From Raphidiopsis brookii D9 (GTDB lineage Bacteria > Cyanobacteriota > Cyanobacteriia > Cyanobacteriales > Nostocaceae): DNA of 32,000 nucleotides. Position numbers and translations under genes: made by a program. Below, one piece after another: positions 29,240-32,000 of this stretch; within the stretch, counting starts at the first letter, position 1, and each line of letters starts with the position of its first letter. The notes under the pieces are model-generated. The model did no database searches. It was not told the DNA's origin and was given only the letters and a program-made list of their open reading frames with translations. Location of the stretch: contig ACYB01000046.1 in assembly GCA_000175855.1 (NCBI GenBank), positions 60,001 through 92,000 of the forward strand, written 5' to 3'.

Positions 29240-31123
29240 ATGGAAACATCTTTTCAAGTCACTTTACAGATGGTGTTCACGGTCTTGGCAGGCATTGGCG
29301 CCCAAGTTATGGCCGCACACTTTCGTCTGCCCAGCATTGTTCTACTGCTCCTATTGGGCATCATCCTGGGTAATGATGGTGTAGGAATATTACATCCCCA
29401 ATTATTAGGTATCGGATTAGAAGTGATTGTCTCCCTAGCAACGGCAATCATCTTATTTGAAGGTGGACTGAAATTGGACTTCCGGGAGGTGGGTAGGGTT
29501 TCCGTGAGTTTGCAACTGTTAGTGACCCTGGGGACCTTAATTACCTTGCTGGGTGGGAGTATGGCGGCCCATTGGCTGGGAGAATTTCCTTGGAACCTAG
29601 CCTTTCTTTACGCCTCCATAGTTGTAGTTACTGGACCGACTGTTATTGGACCATTAGTCAAACAAATTAATGTAGATAAGCAGGTTGCTACACTACTAGA
29701 AGGAGAAGGGGTTTTAATTGATCCTGTGGGGGCAATTTTGGCATATGTGGTACTGGATACTATTGTTAATGGCGATCCGGATCCCATGGGAGCAGTTATG
29801 GGTCTAATAATGCGACTGGGTGTGGGAGGGATTATTGGAGTTCTAGGTGGTTTAGTAATGAGCATGGTCTTCAAACGTGCCAACTTCCTGTCCTTTGAAC
29901 TGAAAAATCTAGTAGTTTTAGCATTGCTATGGGGCCTGTTTACCATGGCGCAAGCCATCCGCAGCGAATCTGGGGTGATGACCACAGTTGTAGCGGGTGC
30001 GGTATTTGCTAACTCATCCGTTCCCGAAGAGCGCTTATTACGCAGCTTTAAAAATCAACTAACAATTCTGGGCGTTTCCGTACTGTTTATTTTATTGGCG
30101 GCGGATTTATCTATTGCTAGTGTTTTTGCCCTGGGTTGGGGCAGTTTATTTACTGTCCTGGTATTAATGTTTGTAGTGCGTCCAATCAATATTCTTTTGT
30201 GTACTTGGAATAGTGGTCTGAATTGGCGGCAAAAGTTGTTTTTAAGTTGGGTTGCTCCCAGGGGAATAGTTTCCGCCTCTGTAGCTTCATTATTTGCCAT
30301 TTCCCTAACTCAACATGGGATTAATGGTGGAGATGCCATTAAGGCTTTAGTATTTCTGACTATTATTATGACTGTTTTTTGTCAGGGCTTAACAGCTTCA
30401 TGGCTGGTGAAATGCCTAGGAATTACTTCAGAAAATTTAACAGGAGCCTTGATAGTTGGCTGTAATCCCCTCAGTTTGCTGATTGCTCGCTTTTTCCAGG
30501 AAAGGGGAGAGAAAGTAGTAATAATTGATACTGATTCAGAATATTTAGCTCAGGCAGAGGCTCAAAATTTGCCCGTGCTTGTGAACAGTGCTTTAGATGC
30601 TCAGGTTTTGGAAAATGCGGGTATTGCTAAAATCGGTACATTTATAGCAATGACTAACAATAGAGAGGTGAATTTTGTTTTGGCGCAACGAGCAGCTGAA
30701 GAGTTCAATCCACCCCGAGTTTTAGCCATATTCCCCAGAGATTCTCATGGTAATGTTTCAGTTCATAGTAGAGTGAGTCAGGCTTTTGTTTCTGACCTAC
30801 CAATAAAAACCTGGAATGAGTATTTGAGTGGTGGTAGGGTGAAATTGGGCAATACAACTTTAAACGAAGAAGAATTTGAAAGTCAACAGCAGCATATTCA
30901 GGAAAAGATTCGCACTGGCGTACTAGTGCCTTTGTTACTGGAAAGAGAAGAAAGATTACAGGTAGTATCGGTGAATGAAACTTGGGAAGTGGGCGATCGC
31001 ATTATTTATCTGTTGTATGATTCCCGACCAAGTCTGTTAAAACTGCTCTCTGGATCCAGTCAGTCTGGGGTTTTAGCCTTAGAAACTTTACCGGAGGTGG
31101 AGGTGGACAGTTATTATTTGTAG
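29240..31123 (+). CDS. CPA1-family Na+(K+)/H+ antiporter with a C-terminal RCK/TrkA-N regulatory domain
   Basis: 627 aa. The N-terminal roughly 400 aa are polytopic with NhaP-type patterns (FEGGLKLD, VVTGPTVIGPL, EGVLIDPVGAIL, WVAPRGIVSA). The C-terminal region (ALIVGCNPLSLLIARFFQERGEKVVIIDTD) is a Rossmann-like TrkA-N domain. Confidence 0.88.
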   Translation: METSFQVTLQMVFTVLAGIGAQVMAAHFRLPSIVLLLLLGIILGNDGVGILHPQLLGIGLEVIVSLATAIILFEGGLKLDFREVGRVSVSLQLLVTLGTLITLLGGSMAAHWLGEFPWNLAFLYASIVVVTGPTVIGPLVKQINVDKQVATLLEGEGVLIDPVGAILAYVVLDTIVNGDPDPMGAVMGLIMRLGVGGIIGVLGGLVMSMVFKRANFLSFELKNLVVLALLWGLFTMAQAIRSESGVMTTVVAGAVFANSSVPEERLLRSFKNQLTILGVSVLFILLAADLSIASVFALGWGSLFTVLVLMFVVRPINILLCTWNSGLNWRQKLFLSWVAPRGIVSASVASLFAISLTQHGINGGDAIKALVFLTIIMTVFCQGLTASWLVKCLGITSENLTGALIVGCNPLSLLIARFFQERGEKVVIIDTDSEYLAQAEAQNLPVLVNSALDAQVLENAGIAKIGTFIAMTNNREVNFVLAQRAAEEFNPPRVLAIFPRDSHGNVSVHSRVSQAFVSDLPIKTWNEYLSGGRVKLGNTTLNEEEFESQQQHIQEKIRTGVLVPLLLEREERLQVVSVNETWEVGDRIIYLLYDSRPSLLKLLSGSSQSGVLALETLPEVEVDSYYL

Positions 31124-31295
31124 AATAGATGAAGCCACATTTGAAAAATGGGAATATAATTTAAGAAATCAAGTTTCTAGTTGGGCATGGCAGAAATGGC
31201 TGTGACTGCAAACCCCAAGTAAGTTATGTTAGTTGCCCGCCTTTCGCCTGCTGGAACTAGCTGACAGCAACTAAGTCGAGTGAACGATTCAGATT

Positions 31296-32000
31296 ATGTC
31301 TTACGTCTCCGTCCTGAAAAGCATTCCAGAAATATTAGGCCAGCCTACAGGAATAGCTGCCATAGCTTCTCTTGGTATCCATGGGGCTATTGCCTTGATT
31401 GTGCCATTAATGCCCATTGATTCCAATCACAATCAGACTGCACGAACTGATACGACGAAGGCTGTGGGACTAATGGAACTGAGTCCTGCTGACCAAAATA
31501 GACTGCCACAGTCTACTCATTCAGCCCAAATAGCCGCCCAGCTCCCCCAACTGGCCTTACAATCCCAAATTCCCTTGGGTGGTTTGAGTGTTGCTGGACA
31601 ACCCCTAGAACCTCCTGTTCAGCCAGTTTTACCCCCTCCCCTCTTACCTCCTATCCCTACGTCTTCTTCTAACTACAATCTTTCTGTATTGCCTCAAAGG
31701 CAACCGTTGCCAAGGATCCGCACCACTAGTGTGGATATCCAGGCTAGTGGTTTACGCTTCAAAAATAAATTTTCTTCCCGCTCTTCATCAGCATCTCCTT
31801 TTGTCGATAATATAGATGACCAAATTAGACTAAATCAATCTACGGTTAGTAAGTTACCACAAGTTGATAACAAAATAACCGCAGAAATACCAAGTGAGCC
31901 TTTAAATAATCCTTCCCCCACTAAGATTGATATTGACTCTACTGCAAGCACACAAGACACTGGGGGAATAGGTCAAAACCAGTCTTCAGTTACCTCTGAC
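31296..32000 (+). CDS. membrane-anchored proline-rich protein, possibly TonB-family (5' 235 codons; continues past the right window edge)
   Basis: Absent from the ORF track because it has no stop inside the window. Manual translation from the ATG at 31296 is open for all 235 codons: MSYVSVLKSIPEILGQPTGIAAIASLGIHGAIALIVPLMP... (N-terminal TM anchor), then a Pro-rich segment (EPPVQPVLPPPLLPPIPT) and a Ser/Thr/Gln-rich linker. The C-terminal domain needed to confirm TonB lies outside the window. Confidence 0.6.
   Translation, partial: MSYVSVLKSIPEILGQPTGIAAIASLGIHGAIALIVPLMPIDSNHNQTARTDTTKAVGLMELSPADQNRLPQSTHSAQIAAQLPQLALQSQIPLGGLSVAGQPLEPPVQPVLPPPLLPPIPTSSSNYNLSVLPQRQPLPRIRTTSVDIQASGLRFKNKFSSRSSSASPFVDNIDDQIRLNQSTVSKLPQVDNKITAEIPSEPLNNPSPTKIDIDSTASTQDTGGIGQNQSSVTSD

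Noticed and set aside
29254-30300. Three minus-strand ORFs inside the antiporter gene
   Set aside because: They are antisense shadows. Their Pro/Thr/Ile-rich composition mirrors the complement of hydrophobic codons.

Overview
This window reads as a dense, ordinary chromosomal segment of a filamentous, Nostocales-type cyanobacterium. That assignment is an inference from three things: phycobilisome genes, a four-REP ApcE, and 17 copies of the HIP1 octamer GCGATCGC. GC content looks like roughly 40% by eye and was not computed. I can support 29 protein-coding regions plus one tRNA-Glu(UUC). Two of the coding regions run off the window edges and are absent from the ORF track, and one looks like a gene remnant. 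Recognisable content, in order: apcE-apcA-apcB (phycobilisome core), a DUF29 protein, mrdA (PBP2), a cytochrome-b-like membrane protein, a TPR protein, an Ap4A-phosphorylase-like nucleotidyltransferase, cutA, a FetB/YbbM-like permease, a DegT-family aminotransferase, ycf23, eda, an M20D amidohydrolase, ffh-rpsP-KH protein, phoH, a Rho_N/DUF4912 protein, a glycosyltransferase, a small LuxR-type (PedR-like) regulator, a PfkB sugar kinase, aroA, a hypothetical ORF coupled to an unusual three-domain thymidylate-synthase-like protein, a UDP-sugar epimerase, trnE, a CPA1 Na+/H+ antiporter with an RCK domain, and the 5' part of a proline-rich TonB-like protein. I found no transposase, integrase, CRISPR array, toxin-antitoxin pair, restriction-modification genes or recognisable defence genes. 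I therefore cannot honestly claim a clear novel system. The best candidates for something under-described are: (1) the MtrA-like/ThyA-like/DUF4346-like fusion protein and its coupled upstream ORF (25.6-27.8 kb); (2) an orphan intrinsic terminator, possibly a small RNA or leader attenuator, upstream of ffh (about 16.06-16.18 kb); (3) a 60-codon aminotransferase-like remnant wedged between aroA and the sugar kinase; (4) a PedR-like regulator with a C-terminal Cys cluster. All functional calls rest on my reading of the translated sequences and motifs. No database search was possible.
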